A stretch of 32,000 bases of DNA from Erysipelothrix larvae (GTDB lineage: Bacteria; Bacillota_I; Bacilli_A; Erysipelotrichales; Erysipelotrichaceae): assembly GCF_001545095.1 (NCBI RefSeq), contig NZ_CP013213.1:2430001-2462000 (forward strand), read 5' to 3'. The position numbers were made by a program, and so were the translations under genes. Positions 16,334 through 24,408 of the stretch are shown here, in pieces. The notes under the pieces are model-generated. The model worked only from the letters and a program-made list of their open reading frames with translations, was not told the origin of the DNA and made no database searches. The first letter of the stretch is position 1. Every line of letters starts with the position of its first letter.

Positions 16334-17368
16334 TTATCTTTGTGTGTCAATATGTACTGTGAAGGTTGTCCCAACACCCAACTCACTATCAACATCAATG
16401 GTTCCATTAAGTAGTTCAACACACCGTGCTACAAGTGCCATTCCCAATCCATTCCCTTGTACAAATCGTGAAGTATCCCCTTGATAGAACTTCTCAAACA
16501 GTCTTTGTTTCGTTTCATTACTCATACCAACACCACTATCTGATATTCTAACCACAATCCCTTTATCTGTTGATGTTTGGGTAATTGATATGGTTCCTTT
16601 TGCATCTGTAAACTTTGTAGCATTGGATAAAAGGTTTCGCCAAATGATTGATACAATTGCAGGATCTTGATAAAGGGTAGCAACATCTTCGATATTTATC
16701 TCATAGTTGATATTTTTCGCTTCCCACATATCAACAAATGAGATAATACACTCTGACAGCTGTTCACACACATTATAAGATTCATGGGATGAGATAATGC
16801 CTTGATTTTCAAGCTTACTGAGTTGAAGGATATTGGTAACTAATACACTCAAATTCTGAGATGATTGCATTAAGAAGTGGGTATAATCCAGACGTTCTTC
16901 TTCACTGAGTTGCGGTTTTTGAAGCATTCGCGCATACCCTTGAATACTTGCAAGCGGGGTTTTTATTTCATGTGAAACACTGGCAATAAAGTCTGTCTTC
17001 ATCGTTTCTAACGACCCCAATGCTTCCACCATTTTATTGAAGTCTTTAAACATTTCGTTGATATAGTTTGCTTGGCTCAAAGACCTAATGGGTTTGAGGT
17101 AAATTGAAAAATCACCCGATGCGACTTTTCGTGTTGCTTCTCCAAGGATCATCATTGGATCTTCATACGCCTTTCTCCGTTGGTGATTTGTAAGAAAGGT
17201 AAAACCTGCAGCAACGATCAACCAATACAGAGCATAATACAACCCAAAAGGAAATATGTATTCTCGAAATTGTGCTCCATAAAAGATTGCTGGTAAAGCA
17301 CCCAGCAATGATAGCACAACAAAGGACCAGAAATACTCAATCCATGTGAAATAGATGCGTCGTTTCAT
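16334..17368 (-). CDS. sensor histidine kinase, intramembrane-sensing type (2 TM with a ~7-aa loop, HAMP, HisKA, HATPase_c)
   Basis: H-box SHEIKTPL, N-box LLSNATKFT, G-boxes DSGVGM and GNGLGMAL. The two N-terminal TM helices are separated only by GAQFREY. 4-nt overlap with the response regulator gene. Confidence 0.9.
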   Translation of the reverse strand: MKRRIYFTWIEYFWSFVVLSLLGALPAIFYGAQFREYIFPFGLYYALYWLIVAAGFTFLTNHQRRKAYEDPMMILGEATRKVASGDFSIYLKPIRSLSQANYINEMFKDFNKMVEALGSLETMKTDFIASVSHEIKTPLASIQGYARMLQKPQLSEEERLDYTHFLMQSSQNLSVLVTNILQLSKLENQGIISSHESYNVCEQLSECIISFVDMWEAKNINYEINIEDVATLYQDPAIVSIIWRNLLSNATKFTDAKGTISITQTSTDKGIVVRISDSGVGMSNETKQRLFEKFYQGDTSRFVQGNGLGMALVARCVELLNGTIDVDSELGVGTTFTVHIDTQR

Positions 17369-18036
17369 GTTAGCACCACCTTATACCCAAGCCCATGGAC
17401 TGTAACAATCTTAAACTCGGTAATCTCTGAACACTTATCCCTCAGTTTCGTAATGTATACATCCACAGCCCGTGGACTGGTATCTGTATCGACGTCCCAA
17501 AACTCATCCATCAATTGAGTGCGTGAAAATGTTTTATTGGGATAGGACAATAATTTATACAGGATGTTGAATTCACGTAAGGTGCAGGGTATTTCAGTCC
17601 CTTGATACGAAACTGTATTTGAGTTTGCATTAATTTCAAATTGGTTCATTGTTAGGGTACGGTTTGTATTAATATGAGCCCTTCGAAGTAAGGCATAGAC
17701 TCTCATTTCAAGTTCATCAAGATCGATGGGTTTGACCATATAATCATCAATCCCTATTTTAAATCCTTTTTGTTTTGATGCGATATCATCCCGAGCACTT
17801 ACAAATAGAATTGGAATTGTTTCATTGAGTTTACGGACGGTTTGCGCAAATTCAAACCCATCAATTCTAGGCATCATGACATCCGAGACTATCAAGTCAA
17901 AGGTATTGTTGTACATCGCATCATATGCTTCTTCACCATTAATACACCCTTCAACATCAAACCCACAGCCTCTTAAAAACTTACACATTAAATGATTCAT
18001 TTCATAATCATCTTCAACAATCAAGATTCGATTCAT
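17365..18036 (-). CDS. OmpR/PhoB-family response regulator
   Basis: Receiver domain (ILIVEDD, DLIVSDVMMP, KP) plus a winged-helix output domain (LREFNILYKLL...VDVYITKLRDK...VHGLGYK). Start at ATG 18036, 8 nt after ggagg. Confidence 0.9.
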   Translation of the reverse strand: MNRILIVEDDYEMNHLMCKFLRGCGFDVEGCINGEEAYDAMYNNTFDLIVSDVMMPRIDGFEFAQTVRKLNETIPILFVSARDDIASKQKGFKIGIDDYMVKPIDLDELEMRVYALLRRAHINTNRTLTMNQFEINANSNTVSYQGTEIPCTLREFNILYKLLSYPNKTFSRTQLMDEFWDVDTDTSPRAVDVYITKLRDKCSEITEFKIVTVHGLGYKVVLT

Positions 18037-18061
18037 TTCACACGCCTCCATCCACGATTTA

Positions 18062-18101
18062 TTGACACACTTATAGTCTTTATTATAAGTATAGACTATA
18101 A
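18062..18101. promoter_or_regulatory. divergent promoter region with a 9-bp perfect inverted repeat
   Basis: TTGACA (18062-18067), 16 nt, TATAAG (18084-18089) on the plus strand. TTATAGTCT (18071-18079) and AGACTATAA (18093-18101) are exact inverted repeats with a 13-nt spacer. Confidence 0.4.
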
Positions 18102-18147
18102 ATGTTTCAGAAATGTTAAGTATTTCTCCTAATATTTAATAATCCCG

Positions 18148-18181
18148 AAACATCTTATAAGCATTCTACAAACATTCTTAT
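18148..18181 (+). repeat. direct repeat AAACAT(T)CTTAT x2 upstream of the papain-like gene
   Basis: AAACATCTTAT (18148-18158) and AAACATTCTTAT (18170-18181), 22 nt start to start. A TATACT -10-like hexamer lies at 18184-18189. Confidence 0.35.
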
Positions 18182-18215
18182 TCTATACTTCATCATGTAA
18201 GGAGCGATGAACACC

Positions 18216-18737
18216 ATGGAAACAAAGAAAATATACGTATTACTTCAAGGCTATCAGTGTTTGTTTGGGGATGTCTATAAACGATTGAAAGGGACACAAT
18301 ATAATCATGCATCTTTGGGAATTGTAGACTCAATGGATGAATTCTATAGTTTTAGATCAAAATGGGGTCTGTGCATTGAACATCCCTTTCGATTCAATAA
18401 ACCCTATAAAAAAGATGTTCAGTGTATGATTTACGAAATTGAAGTAACATCACAACAATATTCAGAAATACAAGAGACAATTCAGTCTTATTTGAATCAA
18501 CGTGAACACTTCCACTTCTCATATACAAGCCTCTTGTTAGGATTTCTCGGCATTCGGCACAATTTTAAACAGGGTTACACTTGTTCAAAATTCGTGGCTG
18601 AGGTCTTAGAGAAGAGCGGGGTAATGTCAATTGGAAAGCATACTTCGTTATGTTTACCTACCGATTTTGAAAACACACTGACGTTGACACACTATGAAGG
18701 TCTTGCGAGAAATTACAAAAGTTCTCTAGATTATTAA
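18216..18737 (+). CDS. permuted papain-like / NlpC-P60-superfamily protein (YiiX/C92-like), function unknown
   Basis: The order His...His...Cys (YNHASLG, IEHPF, GYTCSKFVAEVLEKSG) resembles permuted NlpC/P60 (YaeF/YiiX) enzymes. ATG 18216 is preferred over 18207, which lies only 2 nt after ggag. Confidence 0.5.
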   Translation: METKKIYVLLQGYQCLFGDVYKRLKGTQYNHASLGIVDSMDEFYSFRSKWGLCIEHPFRFNKPYKKDVQCMIYEIEVTSQQYSEIQETIQSYLNQREHFHFSYTSLLLGFLGIRHNFKQGYTCSKFVAEVLEKSGVMSIGKHTSLCLPTDFENTLTLTHYEGLARNYKSSLDY

Positions 18738-18799
18738 CACCTTAACAATTCAGAAACATCCTTACGCTATAATGCAAACAAAGAAAAGAGGAACTTTAT

Positions 18800-19333
18800 A
18801 TGAAAGCAATGAATGAAGAAAAAAATTTTGTAGGTTATGAATACCAAGATGTTACAGTAAAAAATGCCTATGTGAATCTCTACGTCGATTCATACGAAAA
18901 TTTTGGATGGGAATTTGAAGACAAGAAAAGTGCAACACATAATGTAGGGAGTACAACGCTTGTATTTAAACGTGATCGTAAAATTCGCAATAAAGCAGAA
19001 TTAACCCGTCTTCAAAGACAGTTTGACTCCCTTGTTGAGCAAGTCGATCACCTTGAAACAAAGAAGGTTTTTAAAGCGTCTGCAATTGCATATATACTTG
19101 GGGTTATAGGATGTGGTTTTATGGCTGCTTCTGTAATGGTTATGTCATTTCTAAGTAATACTATGCTCATGATCATCCTTGCAATCCCTGGTGTGATTCT
19201 ATGGATTATTCCATACCTTGTATTTAGACACATCAAGAATCAATCAACCCTTGAGGTAACACCAATGATTGATGAAAAATACGATGAAATCTACGATGTC
19301 TCAATGCGTGCAAACAGCCTTCTTAGTGTATAG
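18800..19333 (+). CDS. membrane protein: N-terminal soluble domain, coiled segment, 2 TM (unknown function)
   Basis: RBS agagga 7 nt upstream. TM segments AIAYILGVIGCGFMAASVMVMSF and MLMIILAIPGVILWIIPYLVF. I recognise no family. Confidence 0.6.
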   Translation: MKAMNEEKNFVGYEYQDVTVKNAYVNLYVDSYENFGWEFEDKKSATHNVGSTTLVFKRDRKIRNKAELTRLQRQFDSLVEQVDHLETKKVFKASAIAYILGVIGCGFMAASVMVMSFLSNTMLMIILAIPGVILWIIPYLVFRHIKNQSTLEVTPMIDEKYDEIYDVSMRANSLLSV

Positions 19334-19343
19334 CGCCACTATC

Positions 19344-19366
19344 AAACACCTTCGGGTGTTTTTTTG
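19344..19366 (+). terminator. Rho-independent terminator
   Basis: aaacacc-ttcg-ggtgttt followed by a T-run. Confidence 0.7.
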
Positions 19367-19536
19367 TCTTAAATTAAATGCGGACCCTTTATTACTCAAA
19401 TTTCTGTTATCCACCCTTCACTTATCTCAAAAAAATTTCAATGTATGGATTATTAATATTTCATAAACATACCTACAACACCAATGAAACATTTGTTCGA
19501 TATTATGAGTCTGTCAAAAGAAAAGAGGAACAGATT

Positions 19537-19866
19537 ATGAAACTGACAAAAGTTATCGATGCATTATTTATTGGAACACGTTATGGAAGTTGGGGAATGG
19601 GTGTACTGGGTATAATTCTATCGGTCATCCTTGCTTTCGCAAACTTATCAATGGGACTTGGCCCTACATTACTCTGCGTTGCCGCCTTGTTTGTATCCCT
19701 TGGAATCACGGTCTTACTCGCACCACAAAAGTTATCCGATAGATTTATGAAGTCCAATAATAAAGTCACTGCGGGGGTTGTTTGTATTTTAGGTGCTGCA
19801 ATCATAGCGGGGCTAACCTATTATACAAACGGTGGCTTTCCCATTATGAATTTGTTGTTCATCTAG
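19537..19866 (+). CDS. small 3-TM membrane protein (109 aa), unknown function
   Basis: ATG 19537 is preceded by aaaagagga; the track ORF begins upstream without an RBS. Hydrophobic segments GMGVLGIILSVILAF, LLCVAALFVSLGITVLL and GVVCILGAAIIAGL. Confidence 0.55.
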   Translation: MKLTKVIDALFIGTRYGSWGMGVLGIILSVILAFANLSMGLGPTLLCVAALFVSLGITVLLAPQKLSDRFMKSNNKVTAGVVCILGAAIIAGLTYYTNGGFPIMNLLFI

Positions 19867-19879
19867 GAAATAAGCGGTG

Positions 19880-20247
19880 ATGAGTGATGACTATAGATAC
19901 AAAAAAATAGCTAGGTATGAATACATCGAAGTTTCAATTTCCTTGTGAATTAAAAAAAGTTTGATGATACCTTCGATAGCATCAGGACCTTAGAATGTTC
20001 GAAAGGTTTCAAAGCGTCTGTCTATGCATATTGTATCGAATGCATTGCACTCATTGTCTTACTGGCGTGGCCCAATACAATGGCGATGCTTGTCATAACA
20101 GTATTATCACTTGTTGGGTTTACACTCCGATATGTCATTTATCGAGAAGTAAAGGGTCAAACCTTACGAATTATTACTCCGCAGATTGATGATTCTGATG
20201 ATGTCTTGCTTGACATTTCAACTCAAACAGACGCACTTGTCCATTAA
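19880..20247 (+). pseudogene. decayed paralogue of the 18800..19333 membrane-protein gene
   Basis: Frame 2 gives MSDDYRYKKIARYEYIEVSISL*. Frame 1 gives KKFDDTFDSIRTLECSKGFKASVYAY...NTMAMLVITVLSLVGFTLRYVIYREVKGQTLRIITPQIDDSDDVLLDIS, which parallels LETKKVFKASAIAY...NTMLMIILAIPGVILWIIPYLVFRHIKNQSTLEVTPMIDEKYDEIYDVS of the upstream gene. The internal ~45 aa are missing, and there is a stop plus a frame change. Confidence 0.5.
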
Positions 20248-20254
20248 AGAACCA

Positions 20255-20296
20255 ATAAAAGGACGTTATCTCAATGAAAAGATAACGTCCTTTGTT
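20255..20296. terminator. bidirectional terminator (metG / decayed paralogue)
   Basis: aaaggacgttatc (20258-20270) pairs with gataacgtccttt (20281-20293), flanked by an A-run and a T-rich stretch. Confidence 0.7.
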
Positions 20297-20298
20297 TG

Positions 20299-22224
20299 TT
20301 AACGAATTCGTGTTCCGTGTGCGATGCCTTGAACATTGACAAGACGAAGGGTATGCTCATCTTCTGCGGCAAGCACCATGCCTTGTGATTCAACGCCACG
20401 AAGTTTCGCAGGTTTTAAGTTCACAACAACCACAACATGTTGTCCTATAAGTTCTTCGAGTGAGTAGTAACCAACAAGTCCACTCACTACTTGAACAACT
20501 TTATATCCAAGATCAATCTTGAGGACATATAACTTGTCTGCTTTAGGATGTTTTTCACCCTCAATCACAACACCCGTTCTAAAATCAAGTTTCATAAAGT
20601 CATCGATTGTAACTTCAGGTTGTTCGGGTTCAGCCTTTGGAAGCTCTGGTTCATTTTGCTTCTCAAATTTTGCCATTGTTTCTTCCAAATCAAGCCGTTG
20701 AAGGATTGCTACAGGCGTCTTTGTGACAGGTTTATTGAGTTCAAAAAGACCAAAGTGTCCAGAAGACTCAAAGCTTGTATGCTCTGTTTGTAACTGATTT
20801 AAAATGTTTTGTGCAGTATCTGGAATGAATGGTTCAAGCAAAATTGCACCAATTCGAATTGACTCCAATAAGTTATACAGAACGGTTGCCAAGCGATCTT
20901 GGGTTTCTTCATCTTTCGCAAGTGTCCATGGTGCGGTTTCATCAATATACTTATTACAACGTCTAAACAATGCAACAATATCATTGATTGAGTCTGCAAC
21001 ATGAAGCGTATCCATATGCTCCACAACTTTCGATTGAAGGGTTGAAGCCATTTCAATCAATGCTTCGTCCAGTGTATCGGGTGTATGGTTTGTGGGAATT
21101 ACGCCATCGAAATATTTGTTTGTCATATTTAAAGTACGGTGAACACAGTTTCCAATAATATTTGCGAAGTCCGTGTTAATTCGTTCAATCATGAGTTCAT
21201 GCGTGATGGTACCATCACGCTCAAAAGGCATTTCGTGAAGCATGATGTAACGTACTGGGTCGACACCAAAGACTTCAACTAAATCATCTGCATAGATAAC
21301 ATTGCCTTTTGATTTGCTCATTTTCCCTTCACCAACAAGTAACCATGGATGTCCAAAGACTTGTTTCGGTAGTGGTTCCTTTAATGCCATTAAGAAAATT
21401 GGCCAATAAATCGTATGGAATCGTAGAATGTCTTTTCCAATTAAATGCACATCCGCTGGCCAAAACTCGTCGTAAAGCGGGCCATGATTTCCATCTACAT
21501 CAAATCCCAAGCCTGTAATATAGTTAACAAGTGCATCAAGCCATACATACACAACATGTTCTGGATCAAAGTCAACTGGAATACCCCATTTAAAACTTGT
21601 ACGCGACACCGCTAAATCTAAGAGCGGTTCTTTTAGGAAGTTTTGAAGCATTTCATTTTTTCTTGATTCTGGTTGAATAAAGTTTGGGTGTGTTTTAATA
21701 TGTTCAACAAGACGATCTTGATAGTTCGATAACTTGAAGAAGTAACATGCTTCTTCTTGGACCGTTAATGGACCACCACAATCTGGACAAATTTTGTCAG
21801 GTGCTTGTGTTTCTGTGAAGTAAGACTCACATGATTGACAATAGTATCCTGAATACTTGCCAAGATAAATATCCCCTTGATCTTTAAACTTCTTAAAGAT
21901 TTTTTGTACTTGTTCCATGTGATATGCATCAGTTGTACGAATAAACTTATCATAGGAAACATTCATTAAATCAAATAAATCACGAATTACTGTTGATATT
22001 TCATCTACGTGTTCCTTTGGAGTTCGGTTGCTTCTTTTTGCATAATCTTCGATTTTTTGCCCATGCTCATCGGTTCCTGTTTGAAAGCGCACATTATACC
22101 CTTGAGCTCTTTTAAAACGAGCAATACTATCTGCAAGCACAATCTCATAAATATTTCCAATATGAGGTTTTGCTGAGGTGTAGGCAATTGCCGTTGTTAA
22201 ATAATAATTTTTATCTGTTTTCAT
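20299..22224 (-). CDS. metG: methionine--tRNA ligase with C-terminal tRNA-binding (Trbp111/EMAP-like) domain
   Basis: HIGH-type motif KPHIGN, KMSKS motif, zinc knuckle CQSCESY...CPDCGG, and C-terminal KADKLYVLKIDLG...LRGVESQGMVLAA. Confidence 0.95.
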   Translation of the reverse strand: MKTDKNYYLTTAIAYTSAKPHIGNIYEIVLADSIARFKRAQGYNVRFQTGTDEHGQKIEDYAKRSNRTPKEHVDEISTVIRDLFDLMNVSYDKFIRTTDAYHMEQVQKIFKKFKDQGDIYLGKYSGYYCQSCESYFTETQAPDKICPDCGGPLTVQEEACYFFKLSNYQDRLVEHIKTHPNFIQPESRKNEMLQNFLKEPLLDLAVSRTSFKWGIPVDFDPEHVVYVWLDALVNYITGLGFDVDGNHGPLYDEFWPADVHLIGKDILRFHTIYWPIFLMALKEPLPKQVFGHPWLLVGEGKMSKSKGNVIYADDLVEVFGVDPVRYIMLHEMPFERDGTITHELMIERINTDFANIIGNCVHRTLNMTNKYFDGVIPTNHTPDTLDEALIEMASTLQSKVVEHMDTLHVADSINDIVALFRRCNKYIDETAPWTLAKDEETQDRLATVLYNLLESIRIGAILLEPFIPDTAQNILNQLQTEHTSFESSGHFGLFELNKPVTKTPVAILQRLDLEETMAKFEKQNEPELPKAEPEQPEVTIDDFMKLDFRTGVVIEGEKHPKADKLYVLKIDLGYKVVQVVSGLVGYYSLEELIGQHVVVVVNLKPAKLRGVESQGMVLAAEDEHTLRLVNVQGIAHGTRIR

Positions 22225-22339
22225 CGCAAACCTCCTTGCTGTCTCAATAATTATAACTTACTTGTCAATCGTAAACAACGGTCGAAATTGAGTATTACAT
22301 GAATCTTTTGAATTATTTTTACTTAATTTGAGAATATAC

Positions 22340-22370
22340 TTGACTGACCTTAGGGGTAGGGTTAGATAAT
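22340..22370 (+). promoter_or_regulatory. MerR-type promoter with 19-bp spacer and internal dyad
   Basis: TTGACT (22340-22345), 19 nt, GATAAT (22365-22370). The spacer contains ACCTTA-GGGG-TAGGGT (22347-22362), an imperfect dyad matching 5 of 6 per arm. Confidence 0.5.
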
Positions 22371-22389
22371 GTATGTGTGAGGTGATAAA

Positions 22390-23064
22390 ATGACTAAGAA
22401 ATTCTATACAGTTGGTGAGATGGCTGAATTATCAGGTGTTAGTGTAAAGACTTTGTATCATTATCAAAAGATTGGTATTTTATCACCGCATCGTACTGGG
22501 CCCAACAATTATCGTTACTATAGTGATCTAGAAATAAATCGACTTCAAGAAATCCTTATTTATCGAAACATGGGATTTAAACTTGAAACTATCAAAACAC
22601 TCTTTGATGCACATAGCACTGATTCACGTGTCGACATCTTAAACAATCAGCTTGCTTATGCACAAAAAGAAGTGCAACATTATGAACACATCATTGATCT
22701 TTTACACCGTTCAATTGAAGATGAACTGAAAGGACACACTGTAATGGAAAAGAAAGAAAAATTTGAGAACCTTGAGAAGTATGACGATTCGATTCCACGA
22801 ACACTCACAAACCTAACGGTTATAATGTCTAAACCCTATTTGATATTATTTATGCTCTTTGGAATTATGATGATATATTTTAACGGCGCATATCTTATCA
22901 ACGGAGACTATATTTGGGGACCGCCTTTTGAAAGTATCCTCATCAATGTGCTCTTTATCTTGTTAGGAATCGTAACGGTTTTCACTTCCGCGAAGATTGT
23001 ATTTTTCACAAAGACTAAGGACATGTTGCGAGATGTGAATGAGCCCTATCGTAAAACGAAATAA
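22390..23064 (+). CDS. MerR-family transcriptional regulator with two C-terminal transmembrane helices
   Basis: N-terminal FYTVGEMAELSGVSVKTLYHYQKIGILSP...YRYYS is a MerR HTH, followed by a coiled-coil. The C-terminus has PYLILFMLFGIMMIYFNGAYLI and ILINVLFILLGIVTVFTSAKIVFF. Confidence 0.8.
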   Translation: MTKKFYTVGEMAELSGVSVKTLYHYQKIGILSPHRTGPNNYRYYSDLEINRLQEILIYRNMGFKLETIKTLFDAHSTDSRVDILNNQLAYAQKEVQHYEHIIDLLHRSIEDELKGHTVMEKKEKFENLEKYDDSIPRTLTNLTVIMSKPYLILFMLFGIMMIYFNGAYLINGDYIWGPPFESILINVLFILLGIVTVFTSAKIVFFTKTKDMLRDVNEPYRKTK

Positions 23065-23072
23065 TGCATAAT

Positions 23073-23111
23073 AATGCTCCAAAACAATGAGAGTTGTTGG
23101 AGCATTTTTTT
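23073..23111 (+). terminator. terminator after the MerR gene
   Basis: aatgctccaa (23073-23082) pairs with ttggagcatt (23097-23106), followed by a T-run. Confidence 0.65.
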
Positions 23112-23166
23112 GTTCATTTGTCTTCATACACTGTGCTTTGATGTTTAGATTGACCTTGTCTTTGTT

Positions 23167-23224
23167 AAAAAAAATAAACCAAAGTCCTTTTGAACACACT
23201 TGTTCAGCGTTAACTTTGGTTTAT
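23167..23224 (-). terminator. terminator after the Fur-family gene
   Basis: ataaaccaaagt (23174-23185) pairs with actttggtttat (23213-23224). On the minus strand a run of 8 U follows. The loop is large and has an inner hairpin. Confidence 0.55.
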
Positions 23225-23610
23225 GATTCCGTATTCTTCTTACAATCTTCACAGATTCCTTCAAACATCAATGAGTGTGAACACACATCACCATTGATAT
23301 GTCTTTTTATCTCTTCATTAATCCCTTCGCCATACGGCAGGTCAACATCCAAGATATTATGGCATTTTGTACAATGGAAATGATAGTGCTCATTAACATT
23401 TTTATCATATACATAACCATATTGAGGATGATGAATGCGATTAATGTATCCCGCCTCATAGAGCAGGTTTAAAGCACGATATACAGTCGCAACCCCTATT
23501 GGGTCTATATCGTTTTTTAGAATATCATGTACCATCTCTGCACTTAAGTGAACATCGGATTGCATGATAAGATCAAGGATACGTTTTCTTTGTTTCGTTA
23601 TCATTAACAT
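23221..23610 (-). CDS. Fur-family metal-responsive transcriptional regulator (Fur/Zur/PerR not resolved)
   Basis: wHTH (VATVYRALNLLYEAGYI), HHFHCTKCH (CxxC) and a C-terminal CEDC pair. Typical length. Confidence 0.8.
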   Translation of the reverse strand: MLMITKQRKRILDLIMQSDVHLSAEMVHDILKNDIDPIGVATVYRALNLLYEAGYINRIHHPQYGYVYDKNVNEHYHFHCTKCHNILDVDLPYGEGINEEIKRHINGDVCSHSLMFEGICEDCKKNTES

Positions 23611-23795
23611 AAAAAATCACCGCGTATAGTATACCATATCAACTCTTATTTTGAGTGATATCATTGAAAATAATTACTTTTTTTATCGATTTTGTCGAAA
23701 ATCTCACGATGGAAGTTTTTGATTTAAATCGCGGTGCGCGCTTTAAGTTACTTAATCCGTACATCATGCTACAATAATCAAAGGAAGTGATACAC

Positions 23796-24380
23796 ATGAA
23801 CGCCATTGATGCAATAAAAGAAAATATCAAACACGATCCAGAAAACCTTCGCTATACACAACAGGATTACAACCCAATATTTATGGCACATCCTGATGCT
23901 CGTATTTTACTTGTGGGTCAAGCACCGGGTTTAAAAACACAACTGAAGAATGATGTGTTTCGAGATCGAAGTGGTGATCGTTTAAGAGCATGGTTGGGTG
24001 TTGATGAAGACACTTTTTATAACTCACATCTTTTTGCGGTACTCCCTATGGATTTCTATTTCCCCGGAAGTAAAAAAACAGGGGATTTACCACCACGAAA
24101 AGGGTTTGCTCAGAAGTGGCATCCGCAACTTCTTGCATGCATGCCCTATATTCAACTGATCATCTTAATTGGTCAATACGCTCAGAAATATTACCTAAAA
24201 GACACAATCAAGCCAACCCTAACACAAACCGTCCGTGCTTATCAATCGTATACTCCGAAGTATTTTCCAATTGTGCATCCATCCCCCTTGAATCAACGCT
24301 GGCTTTCTAAAAACCCATTTTTTGAACACGACGTCATACCACTGCTTCAAGAAATGGTTTCAAAAATCATCAACGCATAA
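23796..24380 (+). CDS. uracil-DNA glycosylase superfamily protein (family not resolved)
   Basis: Motif A-like LLVGQAPG and motif B-like VHPSPLN. ATG 23796 is preceded by aaggaag; the track start is a GTG 9 nt upstream. Confidence 0.7.
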   Translation: MNAIDAIKENIKHDPENLRYTQQDYNPIFMAHPDARILLVGQAPGLKTQLKNDVFRDRSGDRLRAWLGVDEDTFYNSHLFAVLPMDFYFPGSKKTGDLPPRKGFAQKWHPQLLACMPYIQLIILIGQYAQKYYLKDTIKPTLTQTVRAYQSYTPKYFPIVHPSPLNQRWLSKNPFFEHDVIPLLQEMVSKIINA

Positions 24381-24408
24381 AAAAACCGAAGTTTAGTCTT
24401 CGGTTGTT
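24381..24408. terminator. hairpin between convergent UDG-family gene and guaC
   Basis: aaccgaag-tttagt-cttcggtt (24384-24405). The upstream A-run gives a strong U-run on the minus strand (guaC side). Confidence 0.65.

Noticed and set aside
16964-16979. parS-like sequence TATTTCATGTGAAACA inside the histidine kinase gene
   Set aside because: It matches TGTTNCACGTGAAACA at only 14 of 16 positions, and one mismatch destroys the central CG of the palindrome. It also simply encodes the conserved H-box (SHEI). A genome-wide parS search would be needed before taking it seriously.
19405-19413. DnaA-box-like TTATCCACC (and isolated TGTGGATAG at about 10296) as a sign of oriC
   Set aside because: These are single one-mismatch boxes with no cluster and no AT-rich unwinding element. 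dnaA and dnaN are not in the window. The par/gid genes indicate origin proximity, but no origin is present here.
19946-19960. Programmed frameshift at the A7 run joining the two halves of the decayed paralogue
   Set aside because: The frame-2 stop (19946-19948) precedes the point where frame 1 opens (19954), so no single slip can join them. About 45 codons are also missing relative to the intact copy. Decay is the better explanation.
22225-22389. T-box leader upstream of metG
   Set aside because: Only ~165 nt separate metG from the divergent MerR gene, and much of that is the MerR promoter. I see no specifier-loop/terminator-antiterminator architecture and no T-box consensus sequence.
23665-23679. 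Fur/Zur-box-like TGAAAATAATTACTT in the fur / UDG-family gene intergenic region
   Set aside because: It only partly matches the 7-1-7 Fur (TGATAAT-N-ATTATCA) or Zur consensus, and AT-rich intergenic DNA yields such matches easily.
24058-24071. Second NBS-like sequence ATTTCCCCGGAAGT in the UDG-family gene
   Set aside because: It matches at 12 of 14 positions and the central CCCGGG palindrome is broken. It is not distinguishable from chance.
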